DNA of 64,000 nucleotides from an uncultured Bacteroidota bacterium (GCA_946186925.1 CAMHPA010000002.1:30668-94667), one strand, 5' to 3'. Positions 1 through 8,683 are shown, numbered from the stretch's first letter. Notes: generated by a model from the letters alone, not told the origin. A program made the numbers and translations.

Positions 1-321
1 AGAATTTCCGCCATTTTGGTTTGAAACGTTTCCGTTGTTGTTTGTTTGCGGGGTGTAGCCGCCGCCTTGATTGCCACGGAAGTTATCGTCGTCGAAACTT
101 TGGTCAAAGTTGTCGCGGTCTTTCATGATGTGTATTCCGTTGTCATCGAAAATCACCTCGCGTTTTCCGAAATGATAGCTTTTGGCATCGTTGGTTTTGG
201 TCTGCGAATAGGCAGAGTCTGCGGAAAAATCAAGTGCAGTCGCACCGTCAGTCTCCGCGAATAGCGATGTCGCAGCCATCAGCACGACACCAGTCATTGT
301 AAGTTTTATTATTGTTCTCAT
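1..321 (-). CDS. Outer-membrane beta-barrel-type protein, N-terminal part (gene runs off the left edge)
   Basis: An ATG at 321 (minus) opens a frame that stays open to position 1: MRTIIKLTMTGVVLMAATSLFAETDG...KSYHFGKREVIFDDNGIHIMKDRDNF.... It has a signal peptide and shares the block HF.FG.REV..D.NGIH with the neighbouring ORF 351..1259, so it is a tandem paralog. It is absent from the ORF track because no stop lies in the window. Confidence 0.6.
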   Translation of the reverse strand, partial: MRTIIKLTMTGVVLMAATSLFAETDGATALDFSADSAYSQTKTNDAKSYHFGKREVIFDDNGIHIMKDRDNFDQSFDDDNFRGNQGGGYTPQTNNNGNVSNQNGGNS

Positions 322-350
322 TTGACATTAGATTTAATGAGTAATTATGT

Positions 351-1259
351 TTAATCAAACCCGCCGAAACTTATGCCGGCCGAGAAGGGATAGAGCTCGG
401 GGCCTTTGCCGTCGCGGAACAGCGGCGACATATTGGCTTTCACAAACACACCCACTCCTTTTATTCCAACTCGCGCCACGAGATTGTAGTTGAATCGGTT
501 CATATACAAATCGTTGCGGTGTTTTTCCTTGTCACCTGACGTTGTTTTTGTCTTTGTCGATGAGCCGATGCGCAGGTTGCCCTCAATGCCGGCCATAATG
601 TAGAAGTCATCGCCGCCTCTCTGCCATTCCAGAATAAGCGGAACCGTTAGATAGGTGCAGCGCAGCTTGCTCTTGCTGTAGCTTGTCGTGCTGTCGTGAC
701 TGTAAGCCAGGCCGGCAGGCCCTTTGCTCAAAATCATGTCGTTGTTTGAAAACGAGTAGATGTCGAACTTAAAGCCGATGTCAGTTCCTAAATAGAGCCT
801 GTTATCTACAATCGGCAGCGATGCCTCGCAAAGGCCGAAGGCAATATGGAAACCGCGGTTCAGCTCCATAAAGTTGGCGCTGTCGGCAATATTGTTTGAG
901 AAGGTTTTCGAGCCATAGCCCGACACACCAAAGTCGAACGCATCGACATGCGTGTCATCGTGCAGGTTGACCCATGACAAACCGTACTTGCGGTAGTTGT
1001 CATCGTAATCGTCGTCGAATTTGTTTGTATAAGTTTTGACGAAGTGGATGCCGTTGTTGTCCACAACAACTTCGCGCCGACCGAAATAGAAGTGGCTGGC
1101 GGTGTCGGTGTGTGTTTTAATCTGACCATCGCTGATTTTGGCATTTGTGATAGTAGTGTCGGCCGCAAAGGGCTCGGCAAAAACTGATGTGGCCGCCATC
1201 AGTGCGGCGCTGACCATCGATATTCTTATTGACCTTTTCATAATAAGTTTTTTAATCAT
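351..1259 (-). CDS. Outer-membrane beta-barrel (porin-like) protein
   Basis: Track ORF 351..1298. The likely start is MIKKLIMKRSIRISMVSAALMAATSVFA (ATG at 1259, or at 1241). It has a signal peptide, alternating hydrophobic beta-strand patterning and an aromatic-rich C-terminus (...FSAGISFGGFD). Confidence 0.6.
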   Translation of the reverse strand: MIKKLIMKRSIRISMVSAALMAATSVFAEPFAADTTITNAKISDGQIKTHTDTASHFYFGRREVVVDNNGIHFVKTYTNKFDDDYDDNYRKYGLSWVNLHDDTHVDAFDFGVSGYGSKTFSNNIADSANFMELNRGFHIAFGLCEASLPIVDNRLYLGTDIGFKFDIYSFSNNDMILSKGPAGLAYSHDSTTSYSKSKLRCTYLTVPLILEWQRGGDDFYIMAGIEGNLRIGSSTKTKTTSGDKEKHRNDLYMNRFNYNLVARVGIKGVGVFVKANMSPLFRDGKGPELYPFSAGISFGGFD

Positions 1260-1436
1260 ATTTTGCGGCAGAGGGAGCCGCGTTTTTATTTCACTCACTC
1301 TAATGACGCGCCAAAATCAAAAATGTAACAGCAGAATGGATTATTTTTTTTGATGCGTTTTTTTAATCGTATACACTACGATATACGAAAATCCACCAAT
1401 TTTTTATCACCCAACATTTAAACCAGCACAATTAAC

Positions 1437-1444
1437 TATTTTTG
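1437..1444 (+). promoter_or_regulatory. Bacteroidota -7 box (TAnnTTTG)
   Basis: TATTTTTG lies 33 nt upstream of the ATG at 1477. Confidence 0.4.
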
Positions 1445-1476
1445 CCCGATTTTTTGGAATACTAGAAAAACGCGAT

Positions 1477-2889
1477 ATGAAACGTAAAATCACCATTGGC
1501 GACATTACAATGAAACAGGCCGCCGACAAGGCCGACTACGCCTTCTCGTTCCGCGAGAAGATTGAATTGGCCAAAATGCTTGACAAAACAGGCCTTTCGG
1601 TCATTGAACTTGCACCTATAACCGACGGCAAAACCGACTCGCTGTTAATCAAATCGCTCGCTTCGGCGGTGAAGAACAGCGCCGTGGCCGTGCCGCTCAA
1701 CATTAGCGAGGCCGACACCGTTGAAACCACTTGGAACGCCTTGAAGGGCGCCGCTCACCCGCGATTGCAGATTTCGGTCCCTGTGAGCACCGTGCAGATG
1801 GAATATTTCTGCCATAAGAAACCCGCCGCCATTGTCGAGATGATTGCCAGCCTGACCAAGCAAAGCCGCGCGCTCTGCCCCGATGTTGAGTTTGTGGCCG
1901 AAGATTTTGGCCGCAGCGACATCAGTTTCCTGTGGCAGGCCATTGAGGCCGCCACGCAGAACGGCGCAACCACCGTCACGGTGTGCGACGCTGCAGGCAA
2001 CCTGCTGCCCGAAGAGTTTTTCGACCTTGTGAAACAGGTGAAAGAGCACCTGCCCGCCGACGTTCGGTTGGGTGTGCGCTGCTCAAATGAGTTCTATTTG
2101 GCCGACTCGTGCGCCATTGCGGCCGTGCGTGCAGGTGCCGACGAGATTAAGACGGCGCCTTTCGGCAACTTCACCGTCTCGCTCGAAAGGTTTGTCAAGA
2201 TACTGAACGTGAAGGCCGATGTGTGCGACGCCTGCTGCGACGTGCGCGCCACCGAACTGCACCGCGCCGTTGAGCAAATCAAGCGCCTGTGCCAGACCAA
2301 CCGTTCGAAACCCACTTCGTTCTCGAACATTGCCCCCACCGAGCGCCCCGACATTCAACTCACCGTGCGCGACTCGAAAGAGACAGTGCTCAAGGCCGTG
2401 CAGAGTCTGAACTTCGACCTGACCGACGAAGATGCCGACAACGTTTACAACGAATTCCTGAAGGCCGCCGCCACTCACGAAACCGTTGGCGCGAAGGAAC
2501 TCGACGCCATTATCGCCACAGCGGCGTTCCAGGTGCCACCAACCTATAAATTAGAGAATTACGTTATCAATTCGGGCAACATAATCTCGGCCACCTGCCA
2601 CATTCTTTTGAAGAAGGGCGACGATGTGCTCGAGAGCGTCTGCATTGGCGACGGCCCGATTGACGCCGCCTTCCAGGCCATTGAGAAGGTCATTGGCAAG
2701 CACTACGAACTCGACGACTTCCAGATTCAGGCCGTGACCGAAGGCCGCGAGGCAATGGGCGAAACCGTTGTCCGCCTGCGCTCTGAAGGCAAAATCTACT
2801 CGGGCCGCGGAATCTCAACCGACATTGTCGGCTCAAGCATTGCCGCCTACCTGAACGCCGTCAACAAGATAGCATTCGAAGAAGCATAA
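1477..2889 (+). CDS. 2-isopropylmalate synthase/homocitrate synthase family (HMGL-like TIM barrel + LeuA-dimer regulatory domain) with degenerate catalytic motifs
   Basis: 470-aa ORF. The N-terminal layout ...FSFREKIELAKMLDKTGLSVIEL... and ...ATTVTVCDAAGNLLPEEF... is typical of LeuA/NifV barrels. The C-terminus GDGPIDAAFQAIEKV...GREAMGETVVRL...GRGISTDIVGSSIAAYLNAVNKI matches the LeuA allosteric domain. The expected LRDGEQ reads GDITMKQ and the HxHxD motif reads VRCSNEF. Confidence 0.65.
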   Translation: MKRKITIGDITMKQAADKADYAFSFREKIELAKMLDKTGLSVIELAPITDGKTDSLLIKSLASAVKNSAVAVPLNISEADTVETTWNALKGAAHPRLQISVPVSTVQMEYFCHKKPAAIVEMIASLTKQSRALCPDVEFVAEDFGRSDISFLWQAIEAATQNGATTVTVCDAAGNLLPEEFFDLVKQVKEHLPADVRLGVRCSNEFYLADSCAIAAVRAGADEIKTAPFGNFTVSLERFVKILNVKADVCDACCDVRATELHRAVEQIKRLCQTNRSKPTSFSNIAPTERPDIQLTVRDSKETVLKAVQSLNFDLTDEDADNVYNEFLKAAATHETVGAKELDAIIATAAFQVPPTYKLENYVINSGNIISATCHILLKKGDDVLESVCIGDGPIDAAFQAIEKVIGKHYELDDFQIQAVTEGREAMGETVVRLRSEGKIYSGRGISTDIVGSSIAAYLNAVNKIAFEEA

Positions 2890-2927
2890 ATCGAAAATTA
2901 TCAGCATTTTACAGAAAATCACTTAAA

Positions 2928-5411
2928 ATGAAACTTTCATTTTCAACACGCGGATGGGCCGATATGTCGTGGAACGAAATCCTTGACAACGCAAGCCTGA
3001 TGCGCTTCTCGGGCATCGAGATATACAACGTTTTCAAAACGCCTGAATTTGTGGCCAAGGGCGGGCCGTTCCACAAGTACTCGCTCACGGCTTCGCTGCG
3101 CGATTTGCGCGAGAAGAAACTCGCCATTCCCTGCTTCGACAGTTCGCTCGACCTTTCGGAAGACAGCGCCGAGATGATTGACGAGATGACCGCTCTCATT
3201 GGCATTGCCGCCGATATGCGCAGCCCCTACGTTTGCGCTTTCGCGAAGAAGGGCACCGTTGAGCAGGTGAAGCAGAACCTGACCCGACTCATTCCTGTGG
3301 CCGAGGCCAAGGGTATCACCATTCTGATAAAAACCAGCGGAATATACGCCGACACCGCCTTGCTGCGCGATTTGCTCGACTTTTTCGCCTGCGACCAGAT
3401 TGCCGTCATTTGGGATGTGCACCACCCCTACCGCGACAAGGGCGAGACGCCTGCGCAGACAATCACCAACCTTGGCGCATACGTTAAGCACGTTCACCTT
3501 CGCGACAGCGACGACGCCAACCGCTACAACATTATCGGCGAGGGCAACTTCCCCATTGCCGACGTGATGAAGGCCCTTTCGTCGGTCGATTACGACGGGT
3601 TTATCTCACTTGAGTGGAAGCCAGAGTGGATGCTTGACTTCACCGACCGCGACGTCATTTTCCCGCACTTTGTCAACTATATGAGCCAGTTCGAGAACAC
3701 CCGCGGCAAACGCAGCGAACTCTACCCGAACCACGACGGCTCAGGCTACTATATTTGGAAGAAGGACGAACTGCTGAATATGACCTTCTCGCAGGTTTTG
3801 GACCGCGTTGTTGAGGAATTCCCCGACCAGTACTGCTTCAAATACACCACTTTGGACTACACCCGCACCTACGCCGAGTTCCGCGACGACGTTGACAACT
3901 TCGCCCGCGCGCTTGTATCGCTTGGAGTGAAACCAGGCTCGAAAGTGGCCGTTTGGTGCACCAACATACCCGCCTGGTACATAACATTTTGGGCAACCGT
4001 GAAAATCGGCGCCGTGCTTGTGACGGTGAACACCGCCTACAAGATTCACGAGGCCGAATATCTGCTGCGGCAGTCTGACACTCACACACTTGTGATGATT
4101 GAGAGTGCTTTGGACTCGAACTATCGCGCCATTATCAACGAACTCTGCCCCGAAATTGCCACCAACACGGCGGGCAAGCCGCTTCACTGCAAGCGTCTGC
4201 CGTTCCTGCGCAACGTTATCACCGTGGGCTTCCGCCAGAAGGGCTGTCTGACGCTGCAACAGGCAATGGACCGCCACGACCTTGTGCCGTTGGAGGAAAT
4301 CCAGCGAATGGCCGCCGCCGTCAAACCCGACGACGTGTGCAATATGCAGTACACCAGCGGCACCACAGGTTTCCCGAAGGGCGTGATGCTGACTCACTAC
4401 AACGTGGTGAACAACGGCAAATGTATCGGCGACCGTATGGGCCTTTCAACAGCCGACCGAATGATGATTCAGGTGCCGATGTTCCACTGCTTCGGAATGG
4501 TTCTGTCGATGACTTCGTCGATGACGCACGGCACCACAATGTGCCCGATGCCCTACTTTTCGGCCAAATCGTCGTTGGCGTGCATAAACCAGGAGCACAT
4601 AACCTGCTTCAACGGCGTGCCCACAATGTTCATTGCAATGTTCAACCACCCCGACTACCGCAGCACCGACTTCTCATATATGCGCACAGGCATTATGGCA
4701 GGCTCAGGCTGTCCGCCCGAACTGATGCGCCGCGCCGCCGAGCCGTCGGAGATGAATATGCGCGGCATTGTGAGCGTTTACGGACAGACCGAATCGGCGC
4801 CAGGCAGCACAATGTCGGCTTGGACCGACTCAATCGACGTGCGCACCGAGACCGTGGGCTACGCCTTCCCGCACGTGCGCTGCAAGGTGGTTGACCCCGA
4901 AACGGGCCTTGAGGTTCCGCCCAACACCAACGGCGAGTTCTGCGCCAAAGGCTACAACGTGATGAAAGGCTACTACAAGATGCCCGAAGCCACCGCGCAG
5001 ACCATTGACGCCGACGGTTGGCTTCACAGCGGCGACCTTGCCTGTGTTGACGAGAACGGAAACTACAAAATCACAGGCCGCCTGAAAGATATGATTATCC
5101 GCGGCGGCGAGAATATCTATCCAAAAGAGATTGAGGAGTTTATCTACACCCACCCCAAGGTGAAGGACGTTCAGGTTATCGGCGTTCCCGACGAGAAATA
5201 CGGCGAGGAGGCAATGGCCTGCATTATTCTGAAGGAGGGCGAGGAGATAAGCGAACCCGAGATGCGCGACTTCATTATGGGCCGCCTTGCCCGCCACAAG
5301 GTTCCGCGCTATATCGATTTCGTCAAATCGTTCCCGATGAACGCCGCAGGCAAAATCCTGAAATACAAGATGCGCGAGGAGGCTGTGGAGAAATTGGGGC
5401 TGAAGAAATAA
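2928..5411 (+). CDS. Fusion protein: xylose-isomerase-like TIM barrel (sugar phosphate isomerase/epimerase family) + AMP-dependent synthetase/ligase (acyl-CoA synthetase type)
   Basis: 827-aa ORF. The first ~270 aa carry AP_endonuc_2-type motifs (VIWDVHHPYR, HVHLRD, ISLEWKPEW). The rest is an ANL adenylating enzyme (YTSGTTGFPKGVMLTH, YGQTE, GDLACVDENGNYKITGRLKDMIIRGGENIYPKEIE, C-terminal ...GKILK). Confidence 0.8.
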   Translation: MKLSFSTRGWADMSWNEILDNASLMRFSGIEIYNVFKTPEFVAKGGPFHKYSLTASLRDLREKKLAIPCFDSSLDLSEDSAEMIDEMTALIGIAADMRSPYVCAFAKKGTVEQVKQNLTRLIPVAEAKGITILIKTSGIYADTALLRDLLDFFACDQIAVIWDVHHPYRDKGETPAQTITNLGAYVKHVHLRDSDDANRYNIIGEGNFPIADVMKALSSVDYDGFISLEWKPEWMLDFTDRDVIFPHFVNYMSQFENTRGKRSELYPNHDGSGYYIWKKDELLNMTFSQVLDRVVEEFPDQYCFKYTTLDYTRTYAEFRDDVDNFARALVSLGVKPGSKVAVWCTNIPAWYITFWATVKIGAVLVTVNTAYKIHEAEYLLRQSDTHTLVMIESALDSNYRAIINELCPEIATNTAGKPLHCKRLPFLRNVITVGFRQKGCLTLQQAMDRHDLVPLEEIQRMAAAVKPDDVCNMQYTSGTTGFPKGVMLTHYNVVNNGKCIGDRMGLSTADRMMIQVPMFHCFGMVLSMTSSMTHGTTMCPMPYFSAKSSLACINQEHITCFNGVPTMFIAMFNHPDYRSTDFSYMRTGIMAGSGCPPELMRRAAEPSEMNMRGIVSVYGQTESAPGSTMSAWTDSIDVRTETVGYAFPHVRCKVVDPETGLEVPPNTNGEFCAKGYNVMKGYYKMPEATAQTIDADGWLHSGDLACVDENGNYKITGRLKDMIIRGGENIYPKEIEEFIYTHPKVKDVQVIGVPDEKYGEEAMACIILKEGEEISEPEMRDFIMGRLARHKVPRYIDFVKSFPMNAAGKILKYKMREEAVEKLGLKK

Positions 5412-5414
5412 ATC

Positions 5415-5482
5415 TCACAGAGAGCGCAGAGGAAACGAGAGGAAGGACGCAGAGCGCGCAGAGAAAACGAGAGAACACAGAG
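5415..5482. repeat. Purine-rich word-stutter tract (GCGCAGAG / ACGAGAG / CACAGAG words)
   Basis: Read directly: ctcacagagagcgcagaggaaacgagaggaaggacgcagagcgcgcagagaaaacgagagaacacagag, immediately after the stop at 5411. Confidence 0.7.
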
Positions 5483-5491
5483 TTTAAATAG

Positions 5492-5527
5492 CAAGGCTGC
5501 CTGATTGGGTGGCCTTGTTTTGTTTTC
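5492..5527 (+). terminator. Putative intrinsic terminator of the ligase-fusion gene
   Basis: caaggc...gccttg stem followed by ttttgttttc. Confidence 0.4.
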
Positions 5528-5671
5528 GGCAAGCACCCCGCAACCTTTTTACCTTCAGCAACGTCTGCATAATAGTGCGAAAAGTTTCTTAACTTTGGCA
5601 AATGGCGTTTAGTAAAGAACAAATTAAAGATTGCAAGACTCTTCTTGAACAATTTAAAACGATGATGAGCG

Positions 5672-6232
5672 ATGATGTTATTCATTGATAAAAATATTGT
5701 GGCACGTACACCAAAAGTTTTGTGTGTTCTTATAGGTGGAGCTTGTGTGTTATCATCTATTTTTTTTAGGCCATATACGCAGAAGAAACTATATGTTGAG
5801 GGTGTTATTAGTGAATATAAAGAAGTTATTAAAAGTGGACACACGTGGAAGGGTGGAGGTCATTACGACATAGAGCGCTATTACATTATAATAAATGGAA
5901 CAAGAGTAGACGTTGCTTTGAGTGAAGAAAAAAAATTCAAAGGAAAAGAAAGGTATTGGAGAGAAATATTAGAAGGCAAATATGCAAAAGTATGTTACTT
6001 GCAAAAAAGTACACTTACAATATACAGCATCGAACTTGAAGACGGCAGTTATTCATACCACGACCCACACGAAATATCATATTACGATGTCGGTTGGTTT
6101 CCGTTTTGCGTAACTGCGCCAATAGCTTTGTTCTGCATATTTGTCATTTTGCGTTTCTTCTATCTGCTAATTTTTGCATCAGACGAACGTCGCGAGTTGG
6201 TTTTTGGAGATAAGGATTACAATCCGTTCTGA
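5672..6232 (+). CDS. Hypothetical membrane protein (2 predicted TM segments), AT-rich
   Basis: 186-aa ORF. Hydrophobic segments VLCVLIGGACVLSSIFF and WFPFCVTAPIALFCIFVILRFFYLLIF. I recognise no motif. Confidence 0.5.
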   Translation: MMLFIDKNIVARTPKVLCVLIGGACVLSSIFFRPYTQKKLYVEGVISEYKEVIKSGHTWKGGGHYDIERYYIIINGTRVDVALSEEKKFKGKERYWREILEGKYAKVCYLQKSTLTIYSIELEDGSYSYHDPHEISYYDVGWFPFCVTAPIALFCIFVILRFFYLLIFASDERRELVFGDKDYNPF

Positions 6233-6265
6233 TTCTGCGTCGTCTGCGTTCAAAAAATCTGCGTA
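6233..6265. repeat. TCTGCGT word repeated three times
   Basis: ttctgcgtcgtctgcgttcaaaaaatctgcgta. The word is the reverse complement of the ACGCAGA/GCGCAGA words at 5415..5482. Confidence 0.65.
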
Positions 6266-6283
6266 CCCCGATAGTTTATCGGG
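6266..6283. repeat. Variant copy of the CCCGATAGCTATCGGG palindrome
   Basis: ccccgatagtttatcggg has the same CCCGATA/TATCGGG arms with a 3-nt centre. Confidence 0.7.
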
Positions 6284-6341
6284 ACTGTGTCGTCAGTGCG
6301 TGAATAAAAACAATTTTTTAAATTTGACACATTAAAACTTG

Positions 6342-6977
6342 ATGGATATGAAATCAATAGTTGCCGTTATCGCGTCGCTGACATTGCTGTTTACGGGGAT
6401 TTATATTGTTCTTATGCTTAGAATCAATTCCACACCAGGAGCATTCAACTATCCAGCCAGCAATATCTCGGAACCCAACAGACAAGCGATAGAAAAAACA
6501 CTGAAAGTATTTCAAGAAGGTTACACGTTGCGCGATGCGTCGAAAATCGACGAGTGCATAGCCCGAACCATCGACACCGCTTCGATTTTTATTTTGGGCA
6601 CCAATCCCAACGAAATACTCAAGGGAAAAGACGGGGCGCAGGCGCTGCTATATGGCGATTGGACATATTGGGGCAGTGTGAAATATGACATCGACCGCCT
6701 TTATGCCAACCAAATCGCCGACAGCATTGCTTATGTGGTTTTCCCAGGAAATATCACACTTGATGTTGGAAAAATGAACTTCCCACTGCAAGTTACAGGC
6801 TTGATGGCGCAAGATGAGGACGGCCAGTGGAAATTCTCGAAAATGCAGTTCATATATGGTTGGAACACCAATTATATCATCTTCGCCCGCATTGCGGCAT
6901 ACGGGACCCTGATTCTACTGGCAGCGCTGCTGGCACTCGTCGGCATTATGAAGTGGATAATGGCCTTGAAGAAGTGA
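6342..6977 (+). CDS. Membrane-anchored NTF2/SnoaL-like-fold protein (hypothetical)
   Basis: The track ORF starts at TTG 6339 and an ATG follows at 6342. There is an N-terminal TM (IVAVIASLTLLFTGIYIVLML) and a C-terminal TM (IFARIAAYGTLILLAALLALVGI). The central ~130 aa resembles SnoaL/DUF4440-type domains, a weak call. A TAAATTTG box lies at 6319..6326. Confidence 0.5.
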   Translation: MDMKSIVAVIASLTLLFTGIYIVLMLRINSTPGAFNYPASNISEPNRQAIEKTLKVFQEGYTLRDASKIDECIARTIDTASIFILGTNPNEILKGKDGAQALLYGDWTYWGSVKYDIDRLYANQIADSIAYVVFPGNITLDVGKMNFPLQVTGLMAQDEDGQWKFSKMQFIYGWNTNYIIFARIAAYGTLILLAALLALVGIMKWIMALKK

Positions 6978-7000
6978 AAATAACGGAGTAATAAAAGAGC

Positions 7001-7318
7001 CTATTTGGAGGTCAGAAGAGTCTTCCGATAATGGCAGTTAATCACGTTCTCGCCTGTGCCGTGCCAATTGTGCATTCCGTTGCCCAGACACATTTTGAAG
7101 GCTTTGCAATCCTTGCAGATGCCTGTGCGCGCCCAGTTTCTGTTGCGAAATGGCTCAAAACGCCTGTTCCAAACCTCATAAAGATTGTCGGTGTAGATGC
7201 TGCCTTGTGTAAAGCGGTCGCGGTCGATGTTGGGGCAGGCGGCGGGCATTGGTGCAGAATAGAAAAATCTGCGCAAATCAGTGTTATCTGTGTAATTTGT
7301 GCGAGAAAACAATGTCAT
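7001..7318 (-). pseudogene. Remnant: C-terminal SPASM-type domain of a radical SAM enzyme, with no radical SAM core
   Basis: The 105-aa ORF contains ...PAACPN...GSIY...LYEVW... then GICKDCKAFKMCLGNGMH...INCHY. This is the CxxCx5C...C pattern of the SPASM auxiliary cluster. No CxxxCxxC core ORF lies upstream, because the divergent gene starts at 7368. Confidence 0.45.
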
Positions 7319-7367
7319 TCACGATTGAAAAAATCTGCTATCTTGCACCAAATAATAATCAACCCCG

Positions 7368-8090
7368 ATGGAGTCGATGACCGATTATTTTGAAAACCAG
7401 CACAGCAGCGGGGCAAGCCGTTTCAGCAGAATGGAAATCCACTCGTGCCCCGAGCTCATTGAGCGTGTCGGCCAGCTGGGGTTTCTGCCGTTGCTCGACA
7501 GCGGTATCAGCGGTTTTTGCGCCGAGGGGCTGATGGCCGAGGAGTGCCGTTTTGTGCAGTTCGACGACGGAAGCTGGGAGTGGCCGCTTTGGACATGGAA
7601 AAGCTCGGTGATAAAGAACGGCGGTTGCGTTTATGGCAAGTTTTTCGCCGGAAAGGCTGGGTTTATCAGTCTTGACTGGTGGCCCGACTTCTACAACTGG
7701 CGGCGCAGCCAGACACCCGTTTTGGAAGAAGGCGGCATTGAAGAAGCCATTGTGGCCACCCTGCAGATGAACGGCAGCATGATAACACGCGAGCTCAGGG
7801 CAGCCTGCGGGTTCACCGGACCGAAAATGCGCAGCAAGTTCGACGCCTTTGTCACCCGCCTGCAAATGGCCTGCTACATTGTTACCGAAGATTTTGTCTA
7901 TCCCACCGACAAGCATGGACACGAGTACGGCTTCGGCTGGGCGCTGCTCACCACACCCGAGCGGCAGCTGGGGCTCACAGCTTGCCAATGTCAGAGGTCG
8001 CCAGAGGAATCATTCAACCGCCTTTTTGCACACCTCAAAGACATACTTCCTAACGCAACAGAAAAACAGATTCTAAAGTTGCTGAAGTAA
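7368..8090 (+). CDS. AlkZ-related / winged-helix cytoplasmic protein (function unknown)
   Basis: 240-aa ORF. The blocks W.WPLWTWK, G.VYGKFF..KAGFISLDWWPDFYNWRR, ...TRELR...G......KFDAFVTRLQM.CYIV and ...GHEYGFGWALLTTPE match my recollection of the short family annotated as AlkZ-related protein. Confidence 0.5.
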   Translation: MESMTDYFENQHSSGASRFSRMEIHSCPELIERVGQLGFLPLLDSGISGFCAEGLMAEECRFVQFDDGSWEWPLWTWKSSVIKNGGCVYGKFFAGKAGFISLDWWPDFYNWRRSQTPVLEEGGIEEAIVATLQMNGSMITRELRAACGFTGPKMRSKFDAFVTRLQMACYIVTEDFVYPTDKHGHEYGFGWALLTTPERQLGLTACQCQRSPEESFNRLFAHLKDILPNATEKQILKLLK

Positions 8091-8092
8091 AA

Positions 8093-8575
8093 CTACTTGT
8101 TGTAAAACTTCTCTTTCAATCGGGCGAAACCTTCATTATGGTCGGCAATGCCGTTGAGCGTTGAGTCCATCGGGCACTGACCGGTGCTGTCGTTGTTGAA
8201 AATGAAATCACCCTCGCTGGTATACACCAATTTGACGCCGGCTTGTGCAAGAATGCGTTTAGCTGATGGTGTGGTGTAGTTGGTGTGTACTTCGCTCACT
8301 CCGCCCAAGGCTAGAAGCGAAGCTGCTGCATTGCCCACCTTTTTGTCGGCCACAACGGCGCCTTTCAAGCGTTCAGGCTCAGTGGTCACAATACGCATAA
8401 GGTCGTCAACACGCGGACTGGCGTGACGACTGATGCTGTCGTTGTTGCTAACTACAAGAGAAAGATTCTCGTCGTTGAGTATCTTCAATAGTTGTGCGCC
8501 GTCAATAGGCTTTTGCTTGCATCCAAAAAGCGCAAGGCAAATTGTGAGAAGTACTGTTAATCTTTTCATTTTCAT
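8093..8575 (-). CDS. DUF1893 (TM1506-like) domain lipoprotein
   Basis: 160-aa ORF with lipobox LALFGC. The DUF1893 signature is VVADKKVGNAAASLLALGGVSEVHTNYTTPSAKRILAQAGVKLVY...NNDSTGQCPMD. It is convergent with the 7368 gene, with only 2 nt between the stops. Confidence 0.65.
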   Translation of the reverse strand: MKMKRLTVLLTICLALFGCKQKPIDGAQLLKILNDENLSLVVSNNDSISRHASPRVDDLMRIVTTEPERLKGAVVADKKVGNAAASLLALGGVSEVHTNYTTPSAKRILAQAGVKLVYTSEGDFIFNNDSTGQCPMDSTLNGIADHNEGFARLKEKFYNK

Positions 8576-8671
8576 CGTTTTTAGATAGCAGATGCTGATC
8601 GTTTATTGGGTCAAAGATAAGATTTTCAATAAATTGTTTCTTACAAGTTGTTATTTCACGATGGATTTTTC

Positions 8672-8683
8672 TATAGTTTTGTG
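8672..8683 (+). promoter_or_regulatory. -7 box inside the 12-mer TATAGTTTTGTG
   Basis: TAGTTTTG (8674..8681) ends 24 nt before the ATG at 8706. The same 12-mer recurs at 9691..9702. Confidence 0.45.

Noticed and set aside
5323-5844. A 173-aa minus-strand ORF spanning the ligase-gene 3' end, the terminator and the AT-rich gap
   Set aside because: It crosses a stutter tract and a terminator, overlaps two better-supported genes, and has no motif. A 28-aa plus-strand ORF at 5602..5688 was also considered too short and unsupported.
7359-7988. A 209-aa minus-strand ORF that might have been the missing radical SAM core upstream of the SPASM remnant
   Set aside because: It is in a different frame and position. 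It has no CxxxCxxC motif and is G/A/P-rich antisense sequence of the AlkZ-related gene.
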